64,000 nt of DNA, taken from contig NMRA01000274.1 in the NCBI GenBank assembly GCA_002633005.1, positions 200,153 through 264,152 on the forward strand, written 5' to 3'. The translations under genes and the position numbers were made by a program. This stretch comes from Phoronis australis (lineage: Eukaryota > Animalia > Phoronida). This document shows, piece after piece, positions 35,201 to 50,200 of the stretch. Under the pieces are notes generated by a model. The model did not search any database. It saw only the letters and a program-made list of their open reading frames with translations, and was not told the origin of the DNA. Position 1 is the first letter of the stretch; each line of letters starts with the position of its first letter.

Positions 35201-38200
35201 AGAACTTCAAGGTGGAAGTCACCAAATACGAGGCTCTCGAGGAGGTGGCTGCGGAGATGAAGCTCAAGCAGCTTCTATGGACGTCTATTGACGAGTGGGA
35301 CACAATGGTGGCTGAGTGGACGGAGGTGCCCCTGGAGACACTCGATCCAGAGTTGCTGTCCACGACCACAGCCAAGTATGGCAAGTCTGTGGTGCAGCTG
35401 GAGAAGGGACTACCACCTAATGGAGTTGTGCCACAGCTGAAGGAGAGGGTGGAGAGCATGAAGGAAAAGGTAGGAGGGGAGGGGAGAGACTGTGTTTTTA
35501 CAACGGTGACATCATTTTGGGTATCTGCAGTCATTAAAGCTGCATTCATATCTAATTGCTATAACTAAAAACTTAATTTTGAATTGGACCACCAATGATG
35601 AAGTTTTTACTACAATGAAGCTTTATTATGTACCTTCCCAAGACGAGACTGATTCTTTTGTGTCTAAAGAAGAACTGATTGGGTATTATGCTTCCATTAA
35701 TACTGGGTGGCTGAAGCAAAATTGTCTAAATTTTACTAAAGTGGCTTCTATGCTCGCAGTAGTTTTTTGTATTTCATTATCAAAAATTATTTATTTCATG
35801 GCATCCAGCCATGTAATATTTACATTCAGTGAAAGTATAGGGTACTACATTGTGAGGCAATTTCTTTTCAGTTGCCCATGATCACTGACCTTCGAAACCC
35901 CAGCATGAAGCCACGCCACTGGGAGGTGGTTGAAGGGATCATCGGGTGTCACTTCACACCTGAAGATCCTATGACTCTCGGGAAGCTTGTGGACCTGGAT
36001 GCGTTTGTGCACACGGAAGAAATACAGGAGGTATCCGGTCGTGCCAGCTCAGAGGCCAGTCTGGAAGCCATCTTGAAAAAGGTTTGTATAGTGTCTATGA
36101 AACTTGAGCGAAAGATAACATTTTTTAAAATTTTCATTTTTCTTGGAATACACGTCTTGGTGGGAAATCAGTAGGTAGTTGTGGAAAATCTATATTATAG
36201 CACAGTTTTAAACAGGATTTGTGTGAACCTTTTGTCATTTAAAAACACATAGATCCAGTTTCACAGTTTTACTCGTGTCCCAATTTTATCACTTGTTTTG
36301 AAATGAATTTTACATTTATCATTATTTTGATTTACATTTTGTTTTCAGGTTGAGGAGTCCTGGAAGTCTACCGAGTTTGTTGTCCTTCCACACAAGGATT
36401 CAAAGGATGTCTTCATTCTGGGAGGAACAGACGACATTCAGGTGTTACTCGACGATAGCAACATCAACATTGCAACAATTGCTAGCTCCAGACATGTTGG
36501 ACCAATCAAGCCAAGAGTTGATGACTGGGTCAAACAATTGGAGTTGTTTGGCAAAACTCTGGTAAGTTTAAGCACGATGCATCTCGTAATATTTTTTAAT
36601 TGAGACACTTAGCAAATGGTGATGTTGCAGTGATATGCATAAATTTTTTTCATTGTTAATACGTTCTGCTTCTTAAATCACTTTATCTAAACAATTGCTA
36701 TAAATTTTTTCAATTTTTTGAAATAATTATAAATATAGTTATTGTTATTGCACACGTTCTCATGACGTCTGCTTTATTTCAGGATGAGTGGCTGGAGTGC
36801 CAGCGCAACTGGCTCTACTTAGAGAGCATATTTAGTGCTCCCGACATCCAACGGCAGCTGCCGGCAGAAGCCAAGATGTTCATGACAGTCGACAAGTCCT
36901 ACAAAGATATCATGCGCAAAGTCAACAAAGTACCACAGGCAATCCGTGCAGCCACCCAGCCAGGTCTACTCGAGACATTCCAGAACAACAACGCCTTACT
37001 GGACCAGATACAGAAGTGTCTCGAGGCCTACCTCGAGTCCAAGAGGGTCATTTTCCCAAGGTGAGATCAAATTTTTGACCTACTACAAATATCTATTTGA
37101 AATACTTGAAATATGTCTTTGTTTTAAATTAATGTGGGCAAGTGCTTTTTCCTATCAAATAATTTTCCCTTCAGAAATTAGATTCTTAGATTTTTGGTAA
37201 ACTAACAGAGTGTGCTTTGGAAAGCACTGAATACCTATGAATGTGATTATTTAGGAATTAAGATAGAATTAAAGTTACTTTTGATAGCATTTAAAGAAAC
37301 AAATCAGTGCATTTGGATACTGGAAATTTTTCTTTCATGCTTTTCCACAATCATTAAATAGACTTATTGCAAAAATGTGAAATTCCCAGGTACTGATTGT
37401 GTGCTAAAATGTCGTTTGGTGTGCAGTTTGATCTTTGCTCGGATTGTTCTCCCGATGGAATTCAGCGGTTCCTTCTACTGAAGAATCAAATATCCTCTAC
37501 TCGCTTCTCAACTTTTTCAGATTCTACTTCCTGTCCAATGACGAACTGCTGGAGATCTTGGCTCAAACTCGTAACCCACTCGCTGTGCAGCCACACTTGA
37601 GAAAGTGCTTTGACGCCATCGCCAAACTGGAGTTCGGCACACTGGCTGCCGGTGAAGGAAAGGGAACACCAGAAGGAGGTTAGCAAATTTGATGAGAAAT
37701 TTTGTTTGTTAATGTAATTCCTCTACCAATGAAGGCGTATTTAAAAAGTCACGTGACAGTATTTGAAAGTTGAATTAAGTTTCATATGTAATCAGGTGAG
37801 CAATTTAGATATATTCATTAGAGCGCTTTCACAGCGACATCTAATGTAGATTACCTTTGTTGTGTCAGGTAATCATTTTTGTAAGTGTTTTCAATTTTTG
37901 CATCATGATACTGAATATTTATTCAGTTGTTTCAGGACTATGTTTTGTAAGCCCAAGGCATTACCTTGTCATTGTGAAAATTGCTGTGGAGCTGAAACAA
38001 GGAATACTTACTCACAATTTATGAATTCAATGCCATAATTCAAAATTCCAACCTCACTGATCAAATACTTCAATGGCCGCCCGTTTGCTAGAATTGCTCG
38101 TAAGCTCCCGAGCATGCTCATGAAGCACTTGCCTTTCGCTTGATTTTGCAAGGTCTTGCGAGATCTTGCCATTCTCCTAAGAAACTTGGTCTATGGAATG

Positions 38201-41200
38201 CTACCAAGGATTCACTTCGAAGTAAAACTGAATTTGGTGGAATCCATTTTCTGTGCTCATCGACTACAGTGCAGTGTTGGTGAAACGATCCTTTGTCATA
38301 CTTGCTTCTTGATGTGTAGCCATTGCTTATTTACTCTCTCATTGTAACGATTGCACATTTACATTCAATTTCACGAGTATCACTCATTTCGCGTGTACCA
38401 CTCATTTCGCGCGTACCACTCATTTCTTGCAGAAGGCCATGGAGAAGCAGAAGTACAGTTCACCAATGACATTTTGGCAATGATCTCCCCTGAGGGAGAG
38501 AAAGTTGGTCTCGGCAAGGTAAATTTATTATCCCGTTCTTGGTTGATTAGTCATAGATATAGTGACACTAATAATGAAAGAATTTATTATAGTTGGTGGT
38601 TATAATTACAGTGACAATAGCAATGAGATTACTTTTTTAATCCCTTGTTTGAAAGTGCTGAGCCTCAGTCCCATCATAAATAAAGCCAATCCGTGAGGAC
38701 TACGACTGAAGAAATTGTTAAAATTCATCCATTTGTTGTAAATGTTTGCAGTTTTTCCTTCTAACTGAGAATTGTTCCTGCAACCCTTGGCTCATCAGTT
38801 TTGGGTCTCAAACATTCTGCTGAAGACTTAATTGAGGAGACGTGGCTCAGTGGTTTGAGTTGCGGACTCCTGTTTGGGAGACCTGAGTTCGAATCCTGGC
38901 TTCACTGGCTGACAATCGAGCATTGCACAAAGGTGTCTCCTACTCCTTTGAGCTAGGTTTTATTACTGAAGGGATACAAAGGAGTCAGAACTTGGATATA
39001 ATTCAAAGGCAATTTCTGGGCTGTGTTCACATTAAAAAAGACAAATTGCCCAAAGTCAGTAGAGGGAATTAACTACTTTTGTTTAGTCATACACTTTCTT
39101 TCACATTTCCCACATTTTGATGACTTCTTCTTCTATCACTCTAGGGTCTTAAGGCAAGAGGAAATGTGGAAGACTGGCTTGGCAAGGTGGAGGAGGCCAT
39201 GTTTGCCAACCTACGGAAAATGGTCAAGTCGGCCATGGGTGACTACGAGCGTAAAGAACGAGAAGAGTGGGTCACGTGTCACCCATCACAGGTCGTGTTG
39301 ACTGTGTCACAAATGATGTGGTGCCGTGACGTGACGGAGGTTCTGGAAGGAGACAATGACCGGAAGTTGGGCATGGAGGCGTTTGAAAAGAAGAGCTATT
39401 CAGTGAGTGGATGCTGTTGTTGAATAGTTTAGTTTTGAGAACTTTTGTTGTAAGATAAGTTCATTGTCTAGTCAACATTATTTTCTCAATGTTCAACATG
39501 GACTTAAACCCCCAGGCATGAAATGGTTACTTCCACAGTATAGCCACTAATCAATTTTTCAACACAGTGTTGGTCAATAGTTAAATCTTAATTGGCATTC
39601 ACATGATTTTAAAAGGATAATCGCACCAACAAAAAGTACTAAATAAAGTTGTTATTACTATTGTTAAATATTATCATCGTCGTCATCATCATTATTATTA
39701 CCTAGTAGAATTTTTATTTTTATTATTTTATTATTACTATAATTATTTTTATCATTTTATTACTTTTATTTTTTTGTTATTTTGAGTGTTATCATTTTTA
39801 TTATTTTATTATTTTATTATTATTATAATAAAATAATGTGGGTTGTTCCTTGCAGGACCTGAACAAGTTGGCTGCCATTGTGCGTGGGTCATTGCCTAAA
39901 TTGGTGCGTAACATTCTGTGTGCCCTCATCACAATTGACGTCCACGCCAGGGACATGATCACAGAGATGGTTAAGTCTGGGGTGAGTCACATTACAGAGA
40001 CTGAGGGTCAAATTTTTCTCCACGAATCATTTTTTACTTTTTTTACTTTGTTAATTTCATTTTCTTACAGTTGTAAATTATTTTAAGACAGTAAGATACA
40101 TACAGCAAAAATAGGCCACGTCAAAATTACCGTGACATTAGACAAATTCTAGACACTCAGTTAATTTAGTGACAGAGGCAACTGATGACAGAGCTTAATC
40201 CAGTCTGGTTTAGTCATGAAAAAGTTCAGAATGTTAACCAATCATATAAAAGCCTTTGAAAGGATTTGCATTTCAAAGCAGAGATGCCTAAAGATGGCGC
40301 TGTGTGTGTCATTGGATTATCGTGACGTGAAAATAGTTTTGTTAATCGGTAGTTAAACATCTATTGTACATATTATTTATTTCACCCTGACGAATATGTA
40401 ACTAGATTTCAATTCATTTATATGTGCCATTTCTTGATGTTTTGATTAGACAAATAGTGATCAATGAATAATATTCAAGTGCGTATGTTACACTACAGGT
40501 GGACAGTGTCAGCAACTTTGAGTGGCAGAAACAGCTGCGCTACTACTGGGACTATGACCGCGACAACTGTGTGGTCAAGATGTCTAACTCGGTCAGCCTG
40601 TACAGCTATGAGTACCTGGGCGCCCAGCCCCGACTGGTCATTACACCGCTCACTGTAAGTATTCAATGTAGTCATCAGAATTTCATGTAATATGTAATGA
40701 ATATTTTCGGTACGCCTTAAAAAAAAAGAGAGTGGGTGTGGTCTTGTGTCTTTTGCGGTGCATCAGATGTACGCAGGCCTCATGGTTGGGTCCATTGCAC
40801 AAAACACCTGAACTAAAACTCACAAGAGTCCTCATCAACAGGTTCTTTGCGAAGAAAGTTTTCAAGCCTGCTTGTCTTCTTTAAGAAAACGGACAGACTT
40901 TTTCATTTGTTGCCATGCACTATATGTTGTAGGCATGTAACAGTGCCATTCAGTAGCTTACTCCTTAGCCTATAAAACGCTGGGCCTTGAAGTGATGAAT
41001 GTTTTCACTTTCAAAAATGCATTTTACTGTTTGTTATATATTCATTGGCTTCTCAGCAAAATTATTAGACATAATTCAATGCACAGAATAATATCAAATT
41101 ATCGAATGCGCACATTAAATCTCATTGTTTTCATTTTCAAAATTGGTTGCTGCTGGTCATTGGATGATTAAGGAAGCAACCTAAAGATGCCGTTAGTGTT

Positions 41201-44200
41201 CTTATGTTGGGAAGATAGCAAATGTATGCCTTAAGACTCAACACTTTCACTTTTGAAGCACTTGTCACACGCAATTTCATAGCATCATCATTAGATTCAC
41301 TCAGTTTCAGATGAATATGGCAAATCATCCGTTATGCCCAATATATTTGTATCAGATTTTCACGTTTATACCAGCATGAATTCTCTCCACAGGATCGCTG
41401 TTACCTGTGCCTGATGGGTGCCCTTCAGTTGGACCTAGGTGGCGCCCCTGCAGGCCCCGCTGGTACTGGCAAGACCGAAACCACCAAAGATCTGGCCAAA
41501 TCACTGGCCATCCTCTGCGTTGTCTTTAATTGCTCTGATGGTCTGGATTACAAGGTGCGATTTGATGGTTTTACTCTTATGGGTGGTAGGAGGATACAAT
41601 ACAATACAATACAATACAATACAATACAAGAACGGAGGAGGTTAATTGAATCTACACAAGTTTATCTGGCCGATGTTTGTTGGTGCAGCAGACTTGTGAA
41701 CTAGTTCACTGAGAGAAGGAAAGTTTTTAAATAATCCCTATAAAACGTATGTTTACGTGAAGTTGGAAGTATTACTTTAAATTATTGTAAACGCAGTGAT
41801 TTTGTGTTTTTTGTGTTTTATTGCATATTGATAGCTCTAACACTGATTCATTACAGATGATGGGTCGTTTCTTCTCTGGCCTTGCCCAGTCCGGAGCCTG
41901 GTGTTGTTTTGATGAGTTCAACAGAATTGACATTGAGGTGTTGTCTGTGATTGCTCAGCAGCTCATCACCATCAGGAATGCCAAGGCAGCAAAGGTATGC
42001 CATCTGTTGGCTGCTAATGAAACTTCTTAGAAAGTAGTGGACCAAATGACTGAAACATTGATGTGCAAAGGTAGGCCATCTGTTGGCTGCTAAAGAAACT
42101 TCTTAGAAAGTAGTGGACCAGACGACTGAAACATTGATGTGCTATGCATCAGTTATACGTAATGAGGGGAACCCAGCATTCTCATTCCTGGTGTTTGTTA
42201 TGTGCAGTTCAGAGGCAACCACACTGTATATTAATATAATTAATGCTCATGTAATATTTAAGTATAATATTTTGAGACGCACCAGATTTCACACTTTTTG
42301 GAGTATAAAATGAACAACATTCAACTACAGTATATCTAAGATTTTTTTCTCTGATTAACTCATCATCAAATTAATACATGAAGTTTTTATAACTATTGCT
42401 ACATCTCTTCCCCTTCTAGTTGGCACGCTTCATGTTTGAGGGCCGTGAGATCAAACTGGTGCAGACATGCGCTGCTTTCATCACTATGAACCCCGGATAC
42501 GCGGGTCGTACTGAGCTCCCTGACAACCTGAAGGCCCTGTTCAGGCCAATCTCCATGATGGTTCCCAACTATCGTGAGTTGATTTCTCTTATAGAATGTC
42601 TTTCAGCTAGCTGTTGAGCTTATGAACATTGGAACCATCTTTCATTCCACATTTATACTCAGATTAATGAGCTAACTGGAATCAAGGGTCCAATAGTTTG
42701 ATCTAGCTGGAGATGACCATGGGATGTTTTGCTTGCGAGGAGAGCACCGCGTCACTTCATCCTTTATTCCTGCCACCGTGTAAACTGCTAAATACTTCCA
42801 AAATGCAATCCAGTAATATATTCATTGAGGTTAGCACTTGCATGATTCTAATGATGGAATAGTCTGGCTTGTGCAATGTAAATTATGAGAATTTAATTCA
42901 AGAATTCGGTAATAGCTGTACAATCACATTCAGTGAGATCTTGTGTTACCTTAGTTTGATGTTGCATGATCTTGCTCAGCTCACCCTAGTTGATAATGTA
43001 CAACTTCTTAACTTACCCTAGTAGATAATGTACAATATAGCTGGATTTTATGATAAAACATTAAATAAATTGTTCTTTAAAAGCCTTGCAGACTATAAAG
43101 ACATGGTAGGATGGAACTCGTATATTAACACTGACTAACGCAAGCCGTTGAAAATGTTCCTATCATAGGTTTGATTGCTGAGGTCATCTTGTACTCGGAG
43201 GGTTTTGAGTCGTCCAAACCTCTAGCCCAGAAGATGACACAGATGTACAAGCTATGTAGTGAGCAGCTGTCACAGCAGGACCACTACGACTTCGGCATGA
43301 GAGCAGTCAAATCAGTGCTTGTCATGGCTGGGTCGCTGAAGCGTGAGAACCCCGACAAGTCTGAAGATGTTGTATTGATCAGAGCCCTGCGTGACAGTAA
43401 CCTACCCAAGTTTCTGGTGCAGGATGCTGTACTGTTCCAGGTAAGATTTAGCGACAAGTTTGTACTTTGTCAATGCAGTTACCTCAGGCCTTGTTTAAAT
43501 TCAATGCAGGAACTCATTGCGTAGAAAGAAAAGGCAAGTTTCATGGATAGTCTTGTGAATGAAGGTACTTTGTGAAATCAGTGACTTGATATTCGTGATA
43601 AAAGTTACAGTAAACTGTGTTTTGTGGACTGTTTGTTGGTCACAAATCTTTGGGTCACATGATGCAACCAACAGGTGGCGCTTAAGAGTCTAACATTTAC
43701 TCTTGCTGAGATACATGAAGTATAGCAATATTTCATACTTTTAGGCTATTTTGCAAGATTTATTCCCTGGTGTCGAGATCCCGGAGCATGACTATGGCAG
43801 GCTGCAACAAGAGATCATCTCCGTGTTTGAGGCTAAGGGTCTCCAGCCTGAGATGTGTCTGATTAAGAAAGTCATTCAGCTGTATGAGACAATGATTGTC
43901 CGACATGGTGTCATGTTAGTCGGCCCCACGGGAGGTGGAAAGACAACATGTTATGAGGTGAGCGTTGATTGTGAACGTCAATTTTCATTGCAACTTAGCA
44001 GTAGCTGCCTTCATTTTGTAGTTTGCCACTAACCAGATTTTTTGTTGAAGATTGTGAAATTATTGTTTCATTGCGAAATAGTTTCTTCAATAGATATGAC
44101 TGAAAAAGCGATCATCTCAGCTGTTTAAAATATGCCCAATGCAGGAATTGAATGTTGAACCAGTAATGATTCCTTTGAAATGAGTGAAATTCTATAATTG

Positions 44201-47200
44201 TTTCTGTTGAAATTATTTTGCTCGTATTTCAGTGCTACGTTACATTTTCTTTGATATTTTCTGTATAGATTTGATACTCAAGTTGTGTTCACTTGTTGCA
44301 CTCTCTGTGTACATTGTAACAAGTCGAAGTTCTTCGCAGCAATACACTCTAAATTTGAAAGTCTAGAAAATTAACAATAATAGTTGACACTAATCACATG
44401 CTTTGCCCGTACTAGGTATTGGCTGACGTACTCACGAACTTGCACAAAGAACTTGGCTCCGATGAACAGCCATTCTTCCAGCCAGTACATACGTACGTTC
44501 TCAACCCTAAGTCTATCACTATGGACGAGCTGTACGGAGGCATCAACAAACTGACTCTGGAGTGGCATGATGGTCTCATGGCAACAACAGTCAGGATATG
44601 TGTCAAGGTCAGTGTCAAGGTCAAACCTGTTGAATCCAATGAAAGAGGCACTTTGGGTTAGAGAGTGGACAAGTGGTGTAGTTGTGGTCTCTGTGTGGTT
44701 ATTGCTTGGTCAGAGACTGAGGTCTTGAGGGAGAATGACTGTTAGTTTTAAAATTGCAAAGTTAGAAAGCTGTGTATTGTAGTGGAAGGATTGTTAGGCC
44801 ATTGTTGATATCTTTTTAAAACAGGTCAATGTGATGCACCTAACAATATGTAGCATGTTTTGATTTCTAAAGGGAAACATACTTTGGCAAGGAGAAAGAC
44901 ATAATGTCTTCTTCAAAAAGTACATAAAATGCAACCATTGGTTTCATGGGCAAAATCTTCATTGTTTGGATGAGGTTGTGATAACCAAAATATTCATTTG
45001 TATGGTCTGTTGGTTAGTTTGTAAGGAGGCAAATAGGTGGATTTCTTGACAACTGCTAGGTTTTGTTTATAGTTTCATAACAAATGACCTTTTACCTTCT
45101 TACCTCAGGATACCACTGAGGACCACCAATGGGTGATCTGTGATGGACCAGTGGACGCATTGTGGATTGAGAACATGAACACAGTGCTGGACGACAACAA
45201 GATGTTGTGTCTGGCCAACAGTGAACGAATTAAGCTCACCCCATTCATTCACATGTTGTTTGAAGTGCAGGATTTGGCCGTGGCGTCACCGGCGACAGTC
45301 AGCAGGTAGGGTTTGTACCACCCTGTAGATTTGTACTGTTTATGCGCGTGTTTAGGCCCATGCGTTTTATCAGAGAAAAAGGTTTACTCAAGTGTTTCGC
45401 GTATTTGTGCACATGCCTTTGCTGTTAATTTGTTGGCACAGCCAGCTATCTCTTGTTAATGTATTAATGTGCATGTCTTTAAATTGTTTTGTGTTCTTTT
45501 TGTTATTTAAATGAATGCTTGTCAACATCTGCCTTTGTGTATTGGGTAAGATGAGCTTATTTGTAACACTTGTTGAAGTATGTCATTTATACTGTTGAAA
45601 CCTGTCATTCAACACATCAAATCACAATACCCGTGCTCATTTATCACCTGTTTTGTTGCAGATGCGGTATGGTCTATGTTGATCCAGGGGAGCTGAAATG
45701 GCTGCCATACGTGAGAACGTGGATGGCTGACAAAAAGGAAAAAATGAGAGAGGAAACATTTACCTACTTGATGGAGTTGTTTGAGAAATATGTCGAGGAT
45801 GGCCTTGTATTTATCAACAAAAAGTGTGCACAAGCCATTAATCAGGTATACTGAAGTTTCATAATATTACTTTATTTTTCTTTTCCTTTAATGCATTTGA
45901 CATTGGTTTTGAATTGGTTTGGTAAATTGAACAATTGTTGTTTGTATACTTGCTGTTACTGCTTTTTAGTAACTCATTTAGACTAACAAATATCTTATAT
46001 TATTTTTAAATCCCTGTTCACCTGCTGACTACTCCATCTGGTGTTAAGTCACGGAGTCATCAGACACTGATGGTGTTATTGCTTTAGGTGCAAAAATAAC
46101 TTGCTATTTCCTGCTTACACAGTTCGGTTTTTAGCAACAGCAGTTTGTCAGGAGTTGTGATTCCAGGAATTGCTTCTAATCCCAGATATGAACAAGCTTA
46201 TGCCAATTTTTATGATGCTTGATTGTGTAATTTATCACAAAACAACACATTCACTAGAGTTTTAACAGTCAGGTCCAACCAGACTACCCACTAGGGCAAA
46301 ATTTGAATTATCTGAAAAGTTGAGAGCATGGATTAAAACAATCGTGTTGTGGAATTTTGTTTGTGTTAAACAAAGATTTGACTTCTGTGCGTTCAACGTA
46401 CGCCAGTTTTACCGTACTCTTGAATTTTGCCTCGTTACCAGGTGGACATCAGCAAAGTGCAGACACTGTGCAAGTTGTTGGAGTCCCTTCTCTTCTCGCG
46501 CGGTGGTCCCAGCTTCAAGCAGGAACTGACCAAGCTCCATCAGCTTGTATGCATGACGTTCGTCTTCTCTTACTTATGGGCCATCGGTGGCAACATCCTG
46601 GAGTCCAACTGGGACAGCTTCGACACATTCATTCGCAACCAGTTTGAGGACAATGGGGATGCTAAGGTATTGTTGCATTGTGGGGGATTTAACTGTAATG
46701 GCAGAATGCCAAGTGACTGTTGTAAACCTTCATTACTGTACATGATCACACTTAGATCAAAGATGCTTTTCATTTATCCCATAAATTATCGTAATGATTA
46801 CTCTCGATTTTATGATTGTTTACATCAAACTGGTACATTTTTTACTCTTGGCTCATGACATTGTTTAAAGTAGTTTTCGCTTTGAACTCACAAAAAGACA
46901 GCAGAAATACTCATTGATGCTTACATATAGAGTTTTGTTAGTTTGGCATGAGACTTTTGAACTTCCAATAGTGAAAAATTCTTGATCTAGTTTTGTGTGT
47001 GTCAGCGGTAGGTAATTTAGATGGCTCATCATCAATGCTACAACTAGGTTCAGTGAGTATTTATGGCTTACATTTGTATCTAGTGAGAAGCTTTGCTGTT
47101 AACTAAGTTATGAATATTTCATTTTCAGCTGCCAACACAAGGTGATTTGTGGAGCTGCTACGTCGACATGGAAACCCGTCGCTTTGAACTGTGGGAGAAA

Positions 47201-50200
47201 ATTGTGCCTCACTTCCGCTATGACAAGGAGACTCCATTCTTTGATATGCTTGTCCCCACGGTGGACACCGTGCGCTATGGCTACCTGCTGGATAAGTTGC
47301 TGCATGTTAGGCAGTCAGTGCTGTACACAGGTGGCACTGGTGTAGGCAAGGTATGGCACGTAATATGTACAGCTTACTGAGTGTATGTTCTTGGATATCA
47401 TCTTGGCGTGATTTTTGACGTTAGGATTTGGGTCAGATTTGCAAGTCAGATATACTTAAGTTATGGTTGGTTTGCGTATAAGGTGACGAAGTATCGTATA
47501 ACATCATTTCATGATCTCTTTTGTTTTCACGTAACGCCTTTATTCACTTTAAATGCTTTTACATTATGTAATTGTTTTATTGCAACAAGTGAATGAAAAT
47601 TGTTCTTACTAAGACCAAAACAGCTTGAAATATAAAGCACCTCATGTATGTAATTTCACTGAGCCAGGAAAACCAAGGTTATGCAAATTCAAAATTATTA
47701 GCCCAATTTTGCACAACATGGCGTAACAACTATTTTGCAATAATTTTCTGTGCTCTTTTCTCCCTCTGTAGTCTGTCATTGCCCGGGGCATGCTGAATGA
47801 TATTGCCGAGCGTCAAAGTTACGTGCCAGTGTTCATCAACTTCTCAGCTCAGACGAGCAGTGAACGCACACAGGAGATGATTGAATCAAAGTTAGAGAAG
47901 AAGAGAAAGAACATACTGGGTAGGGTGATGAACGCCTTTTGGTTCTCATTCTTTGCCGTTAGTTTCATAAAATTTGTATATTTACTTTAATTTATATCTT
48001 AATTTTGAGTGTGGGCTTGCCAACAACCTTGTTCGGAAATTGTAACATGACTTAAAATAGCATAATCCCGTGGTTGTTTTCACGGTATAACTGTAAATGA
48101 AATGGTCCCCTGAAGTTTGAGTCACAATCACGTTTCTCCGTGAGCTTGGCTAACTTTTTTGCTTTGCAATTTCAATCAAGAGAAAAGATACATAGGTGAA
48201 AAATTTTTGGCCTTAAAAATGTGTTATGGATTGCAAAATAGTCCCTTTAAGTTCAGGAAAACTGAGGGAATGCGTTACTTTTATTTGGATAATATTATGT
48301 ATTATAGGTTTAATAAAGATTTTGTAAAAACATGGTATGTAAAAGGGATGTGTGAATAGATTAAATTTTTCATACCTGGTTTTGACCTGCCTCATTTTTT
48401 TCAGGTGCGCCTATTGGCAAGCGTATCATCATCTTCGTGGACGATCTCAACATGCCTAAATTGGACACATACGGCTCACAACCTCCCATTGAGCTGCTGA
48501 GGCAGTTCCAGGACTTTGGGGGACTCTACGATCGCGACAAGCTGTTCTGGAAGGAAATACAGGTAGAATTTCATCATTCAGTACCAGTGTACGAGGGAAA
48601 ATGTTGCTCAGTTATGCAGCTTGTATAATGTCATGACTGTGGTCAGTTCTTTGTTAGCATCTTGTAAACTGTTGGACTAATTCACCACTAAGTTAAGGGT
48701 TATCCTGCATCCGTTGTTCTCATTTCAGGACATGACCATCTCAGCTGCATGTGCGCCACCTGGGGGTGGACGTAATCCCGTCACTCCAAGATTTGTGCGT
48801 CATTTCTCCATGTTTTGTATTCCGTCACCGTCCGAGCACAGTCTCAAGCACATGTTCATGGTGAGTTTCTGATTACCAGGCTGAGAATGATGAACCCTTT
48901 GGAACATATTTCTTCAACTTGTGAATTCTGTCTAACTGTGTTCTATGTAAAATTCGGGGTTTGCGTTTGATACTTTATCGTAAAAAAACTAAATTAAATG
49001 AGTTGTTTGTAATTTATCTATAATAATTAATTATTACTCTTAGTCATTCATAATTCTGCTGTGTGCTTTCTGTTCTTCCAAATACCATTTACAAAAAATA
49101 AATTCATACTCGCGATTTCCCTTACAGGCAATCCTGTCCGGGTTTTTCCAAGATTTCCCACACAGTGTGCGCCAATGTGCTGATCCCATAGTCGGCTCGT
49201 CAGTTGAGATCTACTCAAGAATGAGCGCGGAGCTATTGCCCACACCAGCCAAGTCACACTATGTGTTCAACTTACGTGACTTGTCCAAATGTATTCAAGG
49301 TATATATTAACTTATCATGTAATAGGCATTATGTGTCGTGCATGTATAATATTGTTAATTACGCAGTGTTTTGCTCTCTGGTGCCATCAAATGGTTTTTA
49401 CCCTTCAAATTCAGCAACCCACAAAGCTTTATGCCAGGATCTGCTCATACAATTTTATTTCTGACACTAAACCATGTTTTTGATTGAGTTGTCCTAGTGT
49501 CTACATAGATGTATTGCTACCACACATCTGCAACAAAACAGGTGATAAAATACACTCACATTTTGTGATTTGATGTGTTGAAAGACAAGTTTCAATAGTA
49601 TAAATGACTTTTTCGACGATTGTATCAAGATAACAGAGGACTTATTCAGTCAACCATCCTCTTTTGATAAAAATTTATGTTATTGCAACTGTTTTTTTTG
49701 TCCTGGTATTCCATGACAGGTTTCTTTTGCAAGTTTCTTTAGCTTAAGTCGGCCTGGATATTGATGTATGCCTTGCCTTGTCTCCTTGCCAGGTATCTTA
49801 CAAGCTGATAATGGCGTGATCCGTGAGAACAAGCAGATCGCCCGCCTGTTCTACCATGAGTGTCAGCGCGTGTTCCATGACCGACTCATCAACAACGAAG
49901 ACAAGGCCTACTTCCACGGCATGCTGGCCGAGATGGCCAATAAATACTTCGGAGAGGTCAGTCTGGGGTCGCATACATTGAGGTCACATAGATTCTGATG
50001 ATCATCATCATAATTATACTGCAAGTCTTAGTTATTTTGCACAAAAAAATGATAATCGTCAGATTTATTTTTCTAGTGATTCACTAGTTTGCTACTAACA
50101 AATGATCAAAATTTCCAGAGAGTTGTCTAGCTATCTTGCTTTCGAAAGCGCCAATGAGTTGTTGCGAGGTTGACTGGCGATATCATCATGCCAGAAATTC

